DNA of 64,000 nucleotides from assembly GCF_004010195.1 (NCBI RefSeq), contig NC_057719.1:40343323-40407322 (forward strand), given 5' to 3'. A model generated the notes under the pieces. That model was not told where the DNA came from and ran no database searches. It saw only the letters and a list, made by a program, of their open reading frames with translations. The DNA comes from Chiloscyllium plagiosum (lineage: Eukaryota). The translations under genes were made by a program, and so were the position numbers. Shown here piece by piece: positions 1-11,660 of this stretch (positions are counted from its first letter, which is position 1; each line of letters begins with the position of its first letter).

Positions 1-235
1 TCTTGACACAGCCAATCCTCATCGGACCCATATTTGGGCCAAAAAATACCAGGCACCTTAATACTTTCTATAGTCCAAACGAAACAACAATAGTTTATCA
101 TTGTAGCCTTATCTTTCTCCCGCGTCCGGGAGTTGTGTTCCCAATTACCCAACATTCTCCCCAAAGAACTGTCGGGCGGGATATATCCCCTTTAACGTTA
201 TTTACAGATCGATCGTTACACAGGCAATTCCCCAT
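1..235 (-). pseudogene. gag: Class I (gamma/epsilon-like) endogenous retrovirus gag N-terminus, frameshifted, running off the window edge
   Basis: Minus-strand ATG at 235 reads MGNCLCNDRSVNNVKGD (Met-Gly myristoylation start). After a 2-nt shift at the GATATATC run (~187-180) it reads IPPDSSLGRMLGNWEHNSRTREKDKATMINYCCFVWTIESIKVPGIFWPKYGSDEDWLCQ. This resembles the IPPDSPLG..L..W / YC...W / WP..GS motifs of class I ERV matrix. It lies downstream of a PBS and LTR. Confidence 0.8.
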
Positions 236-454
236 GCCTTTCATTGTTGCTAATTTAATTAATCTTAACGAGGTCCAGTGTCACCTTCTTCCGCACCCCC
301 TTCAGGGTCCTGATTAGACACCTTACTCGTCCGATTAATCTGACCAATTATATGCTTTTTGAGACTTCAACTGTTAACATTCAATCACCAACAAACAAAT
401 GTGCATTCAAACCAAATCACAAAGGGTTAAACTTTCTACGAGCTGTACAGCTTT

Positions 455-490
455 TTTCTCTCTCTCTCTCTCTCTCTCACACTCACACAG
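455..490. repeat. (CT)n/(CA)n microsatellite in the ERV leader
   Basis: tctctctctctctctctctctcacactcacac. Confidence 0.9.
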
Positions 491-1030
491 ACACTGTGTC
501 TCACAAACACTTTGAGCTTCCCGCAACAACTCCTCTAGCTTTTGAATATTTTTCTAGACGTCTGGCCATAAGTTAGTTACGAAGTGCACCCTCAGTAGCC
601 CTTCAGCTACTAGCCCTTCTGACACGGGCTGTTTTCCATTGACATATGCTTAATTTTATATATTGCCAATTCCCCGTACTTTCGTAAGTCCCGACCACCA
701 AGGCAATACTTAAAGGTCTCTTTTCTTACCTTGGTCTGTGCACAGAGTTACCTGGTCATTTCGGTGCGCCCCATCCCGCGGCAATTCCTGCAGCAAATAC
801 CGCTGCCCCCCGGTCGCCCAGATATATCCTTTAAGACCTTTCCCTACCCGTGTCTTGTGCACAAGAGTTGCCCGATCGAACTGCGTCTGCCCGCTTTGTT
901 TCCAGGGTCTCCCAGTCCGGATCGTACTCGCCCAAACCGCGAACGAAAAGCAAGGGAGTCGGAGATCACCGAAATCAGCGAGGTGCACCTCCCCTGTTGT
1001 CACAAGAGTGTTGAGTAGTCTGAGTTTTGG

Positions 1031-1050
1031 ATCCCGGAACGAGGCCCCCA
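1031..1050 (-). promoter_or_regulatory. Retroviral primer binding site, tRNA-Pro type
   Basis: Minus strand TGGGGGCCTCGTTCCGGGAT versus canonical PBS-Pro TGGGGGCTCGTCCGGGAT (two extra bases). It starts 2 nt after the LTR-terminal CA. Confidence 0.8.
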
Positions 1051-1052
1051 AT

Positions 1053-1517
1053 TGTGAGAAACAGAACTCACTCACAAATCAATCAGCCTGAGACAAAGCC
1101 TTGGAAACAAGAACAATTTATTACAGCCTTGCAAGTACCAGACGCTTCTGCAATCAAGCAGAAATGCATGTCAAAACAGAGCCTGTTAGCATTCTTATTT
1201 AGTTTACAAGTTGTGGAATCATGCCTCCCTTTTCCCATCCTATCATAAGCCAATTACCTCACTTGTTAGTTATTTTCTTATCTGGCCATCCTGCTGTCCT
1301 TGTCTGCATTCTTTGTTCCTTGTTTGTTACAGCTTGTTCTTTTATCCAGTTTCTCTTATCATACTATAAGCTTTATTGTGAAATTCCCCTGCTGCTTCTT
1401 TTTGTGGTCATCTACAACACTTTAAAGTTATTTCCTAGCTTAAAACTATTTTCTTTAAAAGACCCTCTATATTCCTTAAAATCTTAGCCTTAAGTATGCT
1501 ACATGCTACATGCTACA
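1053..1517 (-). mobile_element. ERV 5' LTR (~465 bp)
   Basis: Minus strand begins TGTAGCA and ends TCTCACA immediately before the PBS. AATAAA on the minus strand at ~1117-1122. Confidence 0.75.
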
Positions 1518-2222
1518 AGAATTCCGCGACCATTTGTATAATGTTCCCCTTCCCTTCCCCCCACTACACCCCGTCCCCCACCTGCAAAAACATTTCCAAT
1601 CTCCCACACTATCAAAGAAGCTGACTAGCTGCCCATTTTCTTCGCCCTCCGGGAGCCCGATAATTCAAGGATTCGTCCTCTGACCTCAATGTTTGAGGTC
1701 GTCAACCTGGTCTCATAAGGCCTGCACCTCCTGCTCCAGTTCCTGAATTCGACCAGATGACGACTCCCTCATCGCTTCCGAGGCCTTGGTTCGACCATCC
1801 ACCTCCTCCAGCCCCTCCCCAAGGCCCTGGATCTCCCATCCATGCTTCTGCAGCATGGACGCAATGGGTTGGATCCGGGCACAAATCTCCTCAATTGCAG
1901 CCCCAACCTTCGAGGTAAGTCTTTTCATCACCGTTGCCAATTCATGTGAATCTGTCAGGGGGATTTGGAAGAGGCTGCTGCTGCTGTGGCCTCTGGCGTG
2001 CCCGGTGCTGCAGGGGTGTGTCCTCCCTGCTGCTGTTTGCTTGCTCCCTTTCCTTTTGGCATCCTTCCCACTTACAAATATTTACAAATATATGTTCTGT
2101 CAGGTTTTAAACTAATAATTCCTCCTCAAAAGTTGGCCAGGGATGGCAAAAAACACCAATATGCTTGGCTGTTAGGCAGAGCCATCCACAGCAGTTCTAC
2201 AGGATCGCTGCCATCTTGCCAA
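1518..2222 (-). mobile_element. L1-clade LINE 5' end and ORF1 fragment, interrupted by the ERV
   Basis: Coiled-coil ORF (ASMLQKH...GRIQELEQEVQAL) followed by IIGLPEGEENGQLVSFF, similar to ORF1 of the L1 at 50.4-56.2 kb. The 5' end reads GGCAAGATGGCAGCG. Confidence 0.75.
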
Positions 2223-2301
2223 GTTGGTAGGTTCATTTAAAGTGTGTCTGGACCGATGTCTGAGTAGGTGGGGAGTAGGGGGATAGAGATCCTTAGGAAT
2301 T

Positions 2302-2930
2302 CAAAGTTTGTGCGAAGATTTGTAGCTCGGGTGCTCGTTGCTGTGGTTCTGTTCGCCGAGCTGGAAGTTTTTGTTGCAAACATTTCGTCCCCTGTCTAGG
2401 TGACATCCTCAGTTCTTGGGAGCCTCCTGTGAAGCGCTTCTGTGGTGTTTCCTCCGGCATTTGTAGTGGCCTGTCCCTACCGCTTCCGGTTGTCAGTTTC
2501 AGCTGTCCGCTGTAGTGGCCGGTATATTGGGTCCAGGTCGATGTGTTTGTTGATGGAGTTTATGGATGAGTGCCATGCTTCATCTATCCCTAGTAGAGAC
2601 ACACGCAGACAACAAGCAACATGAATTTGACTGGGACACCACTACCATTATAGGGCAAGCCAAACAAAGAACAGCCAGGGAATTCCTAGAAACATGGCAC
2701 TCATCCACAACCTCCATCAACAAACACATAGACCTGGGCCCAATATACCGGCCACTACAGCGGACAGCTGAAACTGACAACCGGAAGCGGCAGGGACAGG
2801 CCACTATAAATGCCGGAGGAAACACCACAGAAGCGCTTCACGGGAGGCTCCCAAGCACTGAGGATGTCACCTAGACAGGGGGCGAAACGTTTGCAACAAA
2901 AACTTCCAGCTCGGCGAACAGAACCTCAGC
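2302..2930. mobile_element. Penelope-like element 3' portion with inverted pseudo-LTR
   Basis: ~2340-2579 is the reverse complement of ~2693-2930. It encodes the GIY-YIG C-terminal segment HEFDWDTTTIIGQAKQRTAREFLETWHS. 13-bp TSD ATCCTTAGGAATT at 2289-2301 and 2931-2943. Confidence 0.85.
2855..2894 (+). ncRNA. Minimal type I hammerhead ribozyme motif (PLE family A)
   Basis: gca-CTGAGGA-tgtcacctagacaggggggc-GAAAC-GTT^tgc. Stem I gca/tgc, stem II gtc..cct/agg..ggc, palindromic AACGTT at stem III. An antisense counterpart lies at ~2377-2412. Confidence 0.7.
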
Positions 2931-3049
2931 ATCCTTAGGAATTTGGCAATAGGTTTAGACAGTGGATTTGGACCGGCTCAGGCTTGGAGGGCCGAAGGGC
3001 CTGTTCCTGGGGTGTAAATTTTCTTTGTTCTTGTTAATTCCACTCCAGG

Positions 3050-4650
3050 ACACCCCAGATGGCCTCCTATTTCAAGGACCACAATTTCCACTCCCCTCCC
3101 TCTAACGCATCTCCTCTACTTCCCACACCACTGCCCTTGAACACCACCACCCCAACTGCATCAAGGATAACCCCCCACACCCCACCCCCGGTCCTCACCT
3201 TCACCCCCATTAATCTCTGGATACAGTACATTATCCTCCACCATTTCTACCACCTACAATCAGACCCTATCACCTGAGATACATATTCCCTCCTCACCTC
3301 TATCTGCATTCCGCAGAGACCATTCCCTGCGTGACTCCCTCGTTAGGTCCACGCACCCCACCAACCCACCCTCGACACACCTGCGCCCACACCTCCCCGC
3401 CTCACCTCTGTCCAAGACCCCAAAGGATCTTTTCACATCCAGCAGAGATTTTTCTGCACATCCACCTGTTGAATTCTTGACTCTTAACTCTGGACAACAC
3501 AAGTTTCAGTTCAAAGGTAAACACTTTATTATTGAACAGCCAGCAGCAAAAGGAGTTGTATAGCCTACTTATGGTGGTAACCCTCGATGAATCTCTGAAA
3601 ATTACTTGCAAGCGGTGTGTTTACATCTTATTTGGATATGACTCATGCAAAGTTTTTAACATTACATGATTGATTGCAATTACATTGTTAAAACAGGTAT
3701 TTCTCAATCTTAACAATGACTGCTGATTGCGACCTTCCTGTGACAAATATCAAATAGTTCAAAGGAGCTTTTTATTGTATTATTCACAATCTTATATTAA
3801 TCAGTAAGGAGGTAGATAATAGGATTTTTGTGTTGTTCTAATTGTTGTTCTTCATATACCATTGTTAATAGGTAAGGAAGTATGTTACCAGGAACAGGAG
3901 GTAGTTAATAAGATCCATAACCAAGGCTGACAATCTTATTAAGGAAACAAATATCTTTGCCTGGGGCTGGGAATAGAATACACATATATGGCTCCAGACC
4001 ATTTTGGCAGTTCCGAGGTAGCCAGAGACCCACTGTAATTTCCCATCTCAGCCTGTCAGAGGACAGGTACACAAGCAAACATACAGTGAGTCACTCTAAT
4101 AGGGGATTTTTAATCATTGAATTCCCAATACTTCAAAACACTATGATAAGCCAGTAAAGTAGAACTTTTTTACTTTTGGGATTCTCAAACTTCATCACAC
4201 CCACCTCATCTACTATGTCCGTTGCTCTCCATATGGTGTCCTCTACGTTGGGGAGACCTGATGTCAACTTGCAAAGCGTTTCAGCAAACTTCTCTGGGGT
4301 ATACGCACCAAACAATTCCACAGTCCTGTGGCCAACCACTTCAACTCCCTCTCACTCTGCCAAGGGCATACAAGCCCTGGGCCTCCTCCACTGCCAAATC
4401 CAAGCCACTCGATGTCTGGAGGAAGAAAGCCTCATATATACCATCTTGGGACCTTTTGGCCACATGGTGTCAACATTGACTTCACTAGTTTCCACATCTC
4501 CCCTCCCCCCACCTCATCCAATATCCAACCCTCCAACTCGGCACTGCCCTGTTGACCTGTCCATCTTCCCCGAAACATTGATTCTCCTACTCCTTAGATG
4601 CTGCCTGACCTGCTGTGCTTTTCCAGCACCTGCAGTCCTCACTTTCTCCA
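3050..4650 (+). mobile_element. Degenerate Penelope-like element (post-RT and GIY-YIG region) split by a solo LTR
   Basis: QMASYFKDHNF and later ANHFNS..HS.....ALGLLHCQ..ATRCLEE are similar to the PLE at 21375. The sequence is contiguous across the LTR at 3467-4197. Confidence 0.75.
3467..4197 (-). mobile_element. Solo LTR (731 bp)
   Basis: TGTTGAA...TTCATCA termini, 4-bp TSD CACC (3463-3466 and 4198-4201), minus-strand AATAAA near 3525. Confidence 0.75.
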
Positions 4651-5695
4651 CATCTTTTGTGTTTTCATTATTCCTACTGCTATTTTCTTCGGCTCTCGTA
4701 CCATAAAACCTTTGTGATTCAAGTTCTCGTGCCTTCCACCCTGTTGCAAAATCTTCTCTTTTTTTTTGGTGCCTCCTCCACCCACTTTTGACTTGCGCAA
4801 GATATACTAAATGTCCATCTTGCCTCAGTTCTGATAAAGGGGGCCATTAACCTAAAATGTTTACACTGTTCCACCCTCCACATGGTCTGTCTGGTTTGCA
4901 GATTACTTCCAGTGACTTTCTTTATTTCACATATCCAGAATCTGCAATACGCTGCTTTGTAATTTGTGAAGCAGATCATGAGAAACCGTCAATGAAGTAA
5001 TACTCTGCTCTTGGGTGGGTAAAGAAATAATGACATTATTTTCCTCTCGCTGAGGTGGTGAGAATAATGGTAAGCATGATGACTTAATCAGACGAGAGTC
5101 AAAAAAATAAGATTCTCATCATTGAGTCAAACTGTCACTATTAAATACTTCTTCATTAGATGGTGAGATCAAATTCTTGTCATCAAGCAATGAGAAGCCT
5201 TAATTGCATGTATTTGCATCTCAATAATCAACCTTCCTTGATGTTAGGTGGAGCTGCTACAACTGCAGCAGTGCCTCAATGGTCAACAGGTATATTATCT
5301 CTCTGAACCAAATGTCTTGTGATCTTTTCCACAGCTACCTGATGAAGGAAGTGAAAGAAAGATGAACTCCAAAAGCTAGTGCTTCCAAATAAATCTGTTG
5401 GACTATAACCTGGCGTTGTGTGATTTTTAACTTTGTCCACCCTAGTGCAACACCAGCACCTCCTCATCATGAACCCACCAAGCACACAGTTAGGTGAGAG
5501 CAATATATCAGCCTCAGAATATCAGGTTGTTTGTAAGCATGTAGCAATTGGTCTCTTAAAGGTAGCTTTTTGTGGGCAGTCAAGTAGTCGTCGTTGTCTC
5601 AGAGGTAGCACTTTAGCATCTGGCTTCTGGATCTGAGTTTGAACTTTGGACAAAGACAGCCTCTAACTGAATTTTAGTTGAACTTTAAATGGGTT

Positions 5696-5789
5696 TACAA
5701 AGTTAAAAATCACACAACACCAGGTTATATTCCAACAGGTTTAATTGGAAGCACACTAGCTTTCGGAGCGACGCTCCTTCATCAGGTGA
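5696..5789 (-). mobile_element. 94-bp PLE-derived insertion headed by an intact hammerhead motif (family B)
   Basis: 12-bp TSD TTTAAATGGGTT (5684-5695 and 5790-5801). Absent from the paralogous site near 22570. Same sequence as the end of the PLE at 14968. Confidence 0.85.
5754..5788 (-). ncRNA. Minimal type I hammerhead ribozyme motif, intact
   Basis: cac-CTGATGA-a-ggagc-gtc-gctcc-GAAAG-CTA^gtg. Stem I cac/gtg, perfect 5-bp stem II, palindromic AGCT at stem III. Confidence 0.85.
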
Positions 5790-6147
5790 TTTAAATGGGT
5801 TGGTTGCAATGATAGCAGCCCATGTGATGACAGGGCCATTTTCACCACGAAAGCTTTTGTTTTTACCCAGCTCACGATTATTTGTTCTTTTGTCTGCCAA
5901 CTGCCCTTCCTCTTTGAACTCCATCTCCACCCAAAGTTTAATCTTTTACCTGTCCCCTCTTCAGCATACAGAGCAATTGTTTCATAGCTACCATTAGTTC
6001 TGAAGAAGGAACACTAGACCCAAAGAACTAAACTCTACTTTCTCTCCACGGATGCTGCCAAACCTGTTAAATTTCTCCAGTAAAGTGTTTTTATTAGGCA
6101 ACGTCTGAACCCAGCAAACAGATCTGCACATGTGCTGGTCTTAAGTG

Positions 6148-6268
6148 ACGTTCCTGATGAAGGGCTTTTGCCTGAAATGTTCCTGCTCCTCAGATGCTGC
6201 CTGACCTGCTATGCTTTGCCAGCACCACTCTAGACTCTGATCTTCAGCATCTGCATCCTCACTTTTGC
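6148..6268 (+). mobile_element. ~120-bp PLE-derived insertion headed by a hammerhead motif (family C)
   Basis: TSD CTTAAGTG on both sides. Starts acgttc-CTGATGA-agggcttttgcct-GAAA. Absent from the paralogous promoter near 23210-23240. Confidence 0.8.
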
Positions 6269-6356
6269 CTTAAGTGCTGTACAGGTCAGCAACAGTGCGC
6301 AGGTGCAGATGACATTTGTTCTGATCCGCATGTTAGACAGTTGTCGCTCGTGCACC

Positions 6357-6498
6357 ATGATTCGAAATCTGATGGCGCAGCAAATACAGGACTGGTTCAC
6401 CATCAGGAAAACTGTTACCGGCGTCGAACTGATGGCTGATGCCTCAAGCACCTGGAGGAGGAGGAGGTGGTGGAGCCTAAAAAGCCCCGAGCGAAGCA
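6357..6498 (+). pseudogene. TDRD9: Duplicated, frameshifted copy of TDRD9 coding exon 1
   Basis: MIRNLMAQQIQDWFTIRKTVTGVELMADASS, then a net frameshift relative to 23312-23445. G>R change in the conserved WFTIGKTVT motif. Donor CA|gtgaga instead of CG|gtgaga. Confidence 0.85.
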
Positions 6499-8076
6499 GT
6501 GAGAAATCGACAACCACTACGTGTGGATTTCATAAACAAACCAAAACATAGCTTGCTGGAGAAACTCAGCAACTCTGGTAGCGTCTGAGGGAGACATATT
6601 CTCTCTCTTCCTCCCTCGTCTGGGAAATGGGCACCAATATTCACATTTCCTATGCACAGATACATCAAGGCCTATGGTTATATTTAATGGTAAATCTACA
6701 TTTCTTTAGATGTTAAATTCATGGTATGGATTTTAAAACTTAGCAACTGAATTAATTTCAATGAAAATACTAAGTGAGATGGACAGACTAACATTACTGG
6801 TTTTATTGGCACCTCTTTATTCTTCTTTCAATGTAAATATTGTGTCCAGTGAAATAAACTTTTGCTGACTATGATTAAGCTGTAGATTTCCCCAGCTAGG
6901 GGAAATGTTCTTGCATCTACTCTATCAAGTTCTCTTAGAATTTGGTATGCTTCAGTGAGATCACCCCTCATTCTTTTAATTGCAGAGAATATAGGGCCAG
7001 TCTTCTCTGTCTCTGGTCAGTCATACTTGCCAGGAGATCAGTCCAGCCTTTATCACACAACCTCTCAGGCAGTTATATCCTTCCTTGGGAAATGAGACCA
7101 AAACTGAATGCGGTACCGTCGGAGCAGTCTCAGCAGTCTCACCAATTGTTGCAGCAATTGTTACATCTGTACTCAAATCCTCTTGCAATAACTGGAAGCA
7201 TATTTACCGTTTTGCTTGATATATCTGCATTTTAGCTTTCAGTGTCTTATGAACACGAATATCTAGGTCCCTTTGGCTATCAACTCTTCCCAATCTTTTA
7301 GCATTAAAGAAATATTCTGCATTTCTGTCCTTTCCTACCTAAGTGGATAACTCTCTTTTTTTCATAATATATTCCATCTGCCATGTTCTTGCATGTCAAA
7401 ATCTCCTGAAAGCCTTTTTTTGCATCCACCTCACAGTTCACATTCTCACCTAATTTTATGTGTGCAGTAAACTTAGAAAATAACGTTTAGTCCCTGAATC
7501 ACTGATATTGATTGTGAATAGCTGGGATTGAAACACAAATCTTTGTAGTCCCCCACCAGGCACAGTTTATCAACCTGAGAATTGTGTTTTATTCATCCTC
7601 TTTCTGTTAACCAGTTCTCAGTCCATGGCTGTATATTACCCCCAATTCCATGTGCTCTAAATTTCTTTTACTAACCTGTGTGGAGCATTTTGACCCAGTG
7701 GCAATAAATAATAATGATCTGTTTCTGGGTTTGGATGCTGATTTGGAACAAAGCCTGGAGCTGGTGTATTTGCATGCCCTTGTTGCTGTTGTCAGCACAA
7801 TTAATGGATTTGGAAGCTACAGTTGTAGATAGTAGACACTGCAGTCAAGGAATGCTAGTGAAAGAGGGATTGCATTTTTGTGAAGGATTGGGTGCCAGCC
7901 AAGTGTTGCTTGCTCGGCTGCTATTTATTGCCCGTATTTTTCCCACCTTTAAAAAGATTATGGTGTGCTCCTTTCTTGAATGGGTGCAGTCTGGTGAAAT
8001 TATTACCACAAAACTGTTGGTAGGGAGTTGAAGGTTTTGGTCAAGAGGGATGATGAAAAAGGATAGCATGAGAGTT

Positions 8077-8473
8077 TGTGAGAAACAAAGCTCACACACT
8101 TCAATAATTGCAGTCCGAGACAAAATCTGAATCATTAGTGTCCTTTATTTTTACACTTGCAAGTGGGTGTGATGTCCAGTGCCAGGCAAGGCAGAGGACA
8201 TACACCCACCAAATTCAACAAACTCTCGATATTTATATAATTTGGTTCCTACATATTTTTCTTATTTCATTGTTTCCCCCCCTGTTTACATCCTCCACTT
8301 CCCTAGGACTGGTCCCACCACTCCTGCTTATCTCTTGCCTTATCCGGCCTTGTCTGTGACAAAATGCTTATTCTTATCTATTTGCCCATAATATCTACCA
8401 TTGTTTTGCAATCACGTTTCATGCTGGCATACAATTTTAGCTAATACAAAAACAATTATATATTTCCTCCACA
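8077..8473 (-). mobile_element. Probable solo LTR related to the ERV LTR at 1053-1517
   Basis: Shares tgtgagaaaca...ctcac...gagacaaa...tttatt...cttgcaagt with 1053-1135. TG...CA ends with flanks gagtt/tagtt. Confidence 0.55.
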
Positions 8474-8741
8474 TAGTTTCCATTCTTGTTGACTCAGCTC
8501 CCGGCCGAAACAACCACTCACTGATGTGAGTTCATTTACTTTGTATCAGAAATTATAATTGCAGAATTGCAAAATTGCAGAAGTAACATTAATTTACCTA
8601 TATCCCACAGAGTTGAAGGGGCATTTGGAGGCGAGGATTTCTCATGCATTTGCAGCCTTATAATTTTTGACATTTGAAGTTACAGCTTTCTAAATTATTG
8701 CTAAAGAAACCTTGGCAAGCTGCTGGTGCATTTTTAAGATG

Positions 8742-9030
8742 GTACATACTTTTAGCACTGCTGCCACACAGCACCGAGACCCAGGTCCGATTCCCAACTT
8801 GAGTGATGCTCTGTGTGGAGTTTGCACATTTCCCCATGTATGCGTGGGTTTCCTCCGGGTGCTCTGGTTTCCTCCCACAGTCCAAAAATGTGCAGATTAG
8901 GTGAATTTGCCATGCTAAATTGCCCATAATGTTAGGTATGTTTGTCAGGGGTAAATGGGTCTGGATGGGTTGCTCTTCAGAGGGTCGGTGTGGACTTGTT
9001 GGGCTGAATGGCCTGTTTCCACACTGTAGG
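8742..9030 (+). mobile_element. HE1/V-type tRNA-derived SINE
   Basis: V-domain gtggagtttgcac...gcgtgggtttcctccgggtgctctggtttcctcccacagtccaaa followed by a CR1-like tail. Confidence 0.9.
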
Positions 9031-11660
9031 GATCTGGATGTAGCACCTGTCAAATAAACTGAAATGTTTAGGTTAATATGGAGCTTTTGGAATATTGTCA
9101 GAGTTTGTTTTCCAGGCAAGCAAAAGTACTCCATCAATCTCCTGAATTGGGCCTTTATAAATAGACTTTGAGGAGTAAGGGGATGAATTATCTGCTGCAT
9201 AATATCCAGTCTTTGTCTCGTCATTGTAGATCGAGTATTTAAATGGAGTTTCTGGTCATTGGTTACCCCCAAGGTTTATGTGGAGGAATTCACTGAGGGT
9301 AACAGCTGGTGAAGTGGTTAGATTCTGGTGCTTCAGTTGCCACTCAGTCTAAGCCTAAATATTGCCCAGGTCTTGCTGCATGTTGACATAGGGTGCTTCA
9401 TTATTTGAGGAATTGTGAGTTGGTTCCCATGTTTGACCTTTTACAGTGCGATAATGTTATTTTCTCTGACTCTGATGCAACATAGTGTCTGTCGTTCAGT
9501 CTCCAGCTTGTGAACTCTGTGTCGAAGCTGCTCAAACTTCAAACACTTATTGCAGTTGTGTTTGCCCTGAATCACAATGGTGTTCAGGACTTCCCACATG
9601 CTACAATCTTGACACATTACTTGAACTGTCATTCTTGATAAGATTCAATTACAGTCTTAAATTTTATTATTGTTTCAATTTTTCAGGTTTAGGTATCAAC
9701 GGTCAAGAACAGATTTACAATCTGGAGTGTCTGCGCAATCAAAAGTCAATAATATTCAATAAAATACTTCAACCTTTTCAAAGATGAAAGTAATTGCTAA
9801 TTTCATAGCACAGATAATTTTTATGAATAGAAATTGTATTTGAATAAGTTGGAAACATAAACAAACCAGGTAGTAACAAGAAGGATGGTCTAAATCCAAG
9901 TATGCAAAAGATCTGTCCTTAGAAGGCAAAACTTTTGGAGCTATGCATGGAATTTACAAACAACAACGACTTATGTTTACATTGCAACTTTAATGTAATG
10001 AAATATCCCAAGGCATCTCAGAAATGCATTACAAAATAAAAATGACAGAAAAGTTAAATCAGAAATCAAAGGGAGTTGCATTGGAAACACAATAGAATTT
10101 GTTATTATCAACCCTCAATTAGACATGTGCAGATGGTAGCAGAGAAAGAAGAACATTGAGTCTGTAATGTTACCAGAAAACATCCAATTATGTCAGTAAT
10201 TTCCACTGAAAATCAAAAATCCAGGTATCATTTACATTGCTCCTATTTTCCTTTTGCTTGTCAGCTTGAAATAAAGTAGTATCACTGGGGATTGCATGTA
10301 ATCAATTAGGTCATGAGAAGGTCTATAGCCTTAAAATTTGCCTTTAAACATTTAGACTAAAATGTAATGGTGAATTATAGAACACATTTACTGCACTATA
10401 AAATAGACAGGCAGGAAGGCTCAGAAAAAGGGGGGAACTTAAGGAACGCAAACGATAGGGACACTTGTGCTCACCAAGTGATAACTGGATGCTGTAAGAC
10501 AATTAAGAACATTTGCCTTAGCATCGGTGAATCTGTGTGAAAAGGACACCAAGTGTTAACATTCACAACCATTCCCTTGTGAAATTAATGACAGTGTTTG
10601 ATTCTGACCCTGAAACAAAACTCGGTACTATCAAAAGCCTTGTAATTAACGGTCAGATGCTGTTAATTATAATGGATTGTTATTACACCTTGCAAGCAGA
10701 GCAGACACAGAGGGAAAAAAAATCTTTGCTGACTTGAGAGTTCAAAAGGACACCAGAGAGAGAGACCATTTTAGTCCTGAGGCTGTTGGTGCCAGTAGAA
10801 AAATAACTTTTAGTGCTCACTTGCTATGGATTGAATGTAATTGCATTTTGGGACTTTATGATGACATTAAGTAGCCATTATCGGTTATGAAATGCAAACT
10901 CTGTAAAAGGTAATGCCCCACTGTCAATTCTAATAGTCAGATCTTCTATGAATGTGAATCACAAACTTGAAAAGAAGGCATGTTTAATTCGAGACTAATT
11001 AATAATTTTAAATACAATCTTGCAGTAACATTTCAGCGTCAGGTACAGAATGATTCTGTGCTTAAGATAAAAAGCAGGAATCTGCTCCCAGCTTAAATTT
11101 ATTCTAAAACTAACATTGAAGAGATTCTGACACAATCTGTCGGGAAGCCATTTTATGGTCAAAAGTTTGCCCTCCTTGCGAAGAAGCCATTTCGTAAAAC
11201 AATTGTATCAGACATGTGAGTTGTACAAGGTTACCTTATGGACTCTTCAATTAGCTCAGACTGGTACCTCTTTATGATAGGAGCTTATCTCACTAACAGG
11301 CGCTTAACTCAGCTGGCTATGTTTTTCCCACCTGATGGATAGCTCAAGGCCTGTAGGAGTGAGTCAAGCGCACACAGATCTGTCAATTAACTTTTTTTCC
11401 TTATAAATTATTGTCTTTCATTGTTATCTGTCTAATTAAGAACATGCAGTGTTTTCAAAAAACTTTTGTATCAAGGAAGCCACTTTATATCAGTACATCA
11501 GAGTAGCCTGCTGGGATACTTGAAGAGCTGGTATCCTACTCTCCTAGGTTATTAGAACCTAGTTTGTTTAGCTTATAGGTATCAGTGCTATGGTGTAACA
11601 GTGATGCTATTAGTGAATAAAGGGGGATGACTAAAATTAAACTAAACTATCTGTAAGAGG

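Larger units (their letters stand above)
2223..3035 (+). mobile_element. CR1 LINE 3' end fragment split by a Penelope insertion
   Basis: Ends ...ggctcaggcttggagggccgaagggcctgttcctg..., the same tail as the CR1 at 62608-63110. Confidence 0.7.
4650..7540 (+). repeat. Segmental duplicate of ~20620-24460 (TDRD9 promoter, exon 1, start of intron 1)
   Basis: Colinear similarity throughout once copy-specific TE insertions are removed. Nearly identical from about 6330 onward. Confidence 0.95.

Noticed and set aside
5997..6035. ctgaagaagg...gacccaaag hammerhead-like remnants (also ~23108, ~4831, ~20792)
   Set aside because: The GAAA core and stems are mutated; they are probably fossils of another PLE family and are not called as ribozymes.
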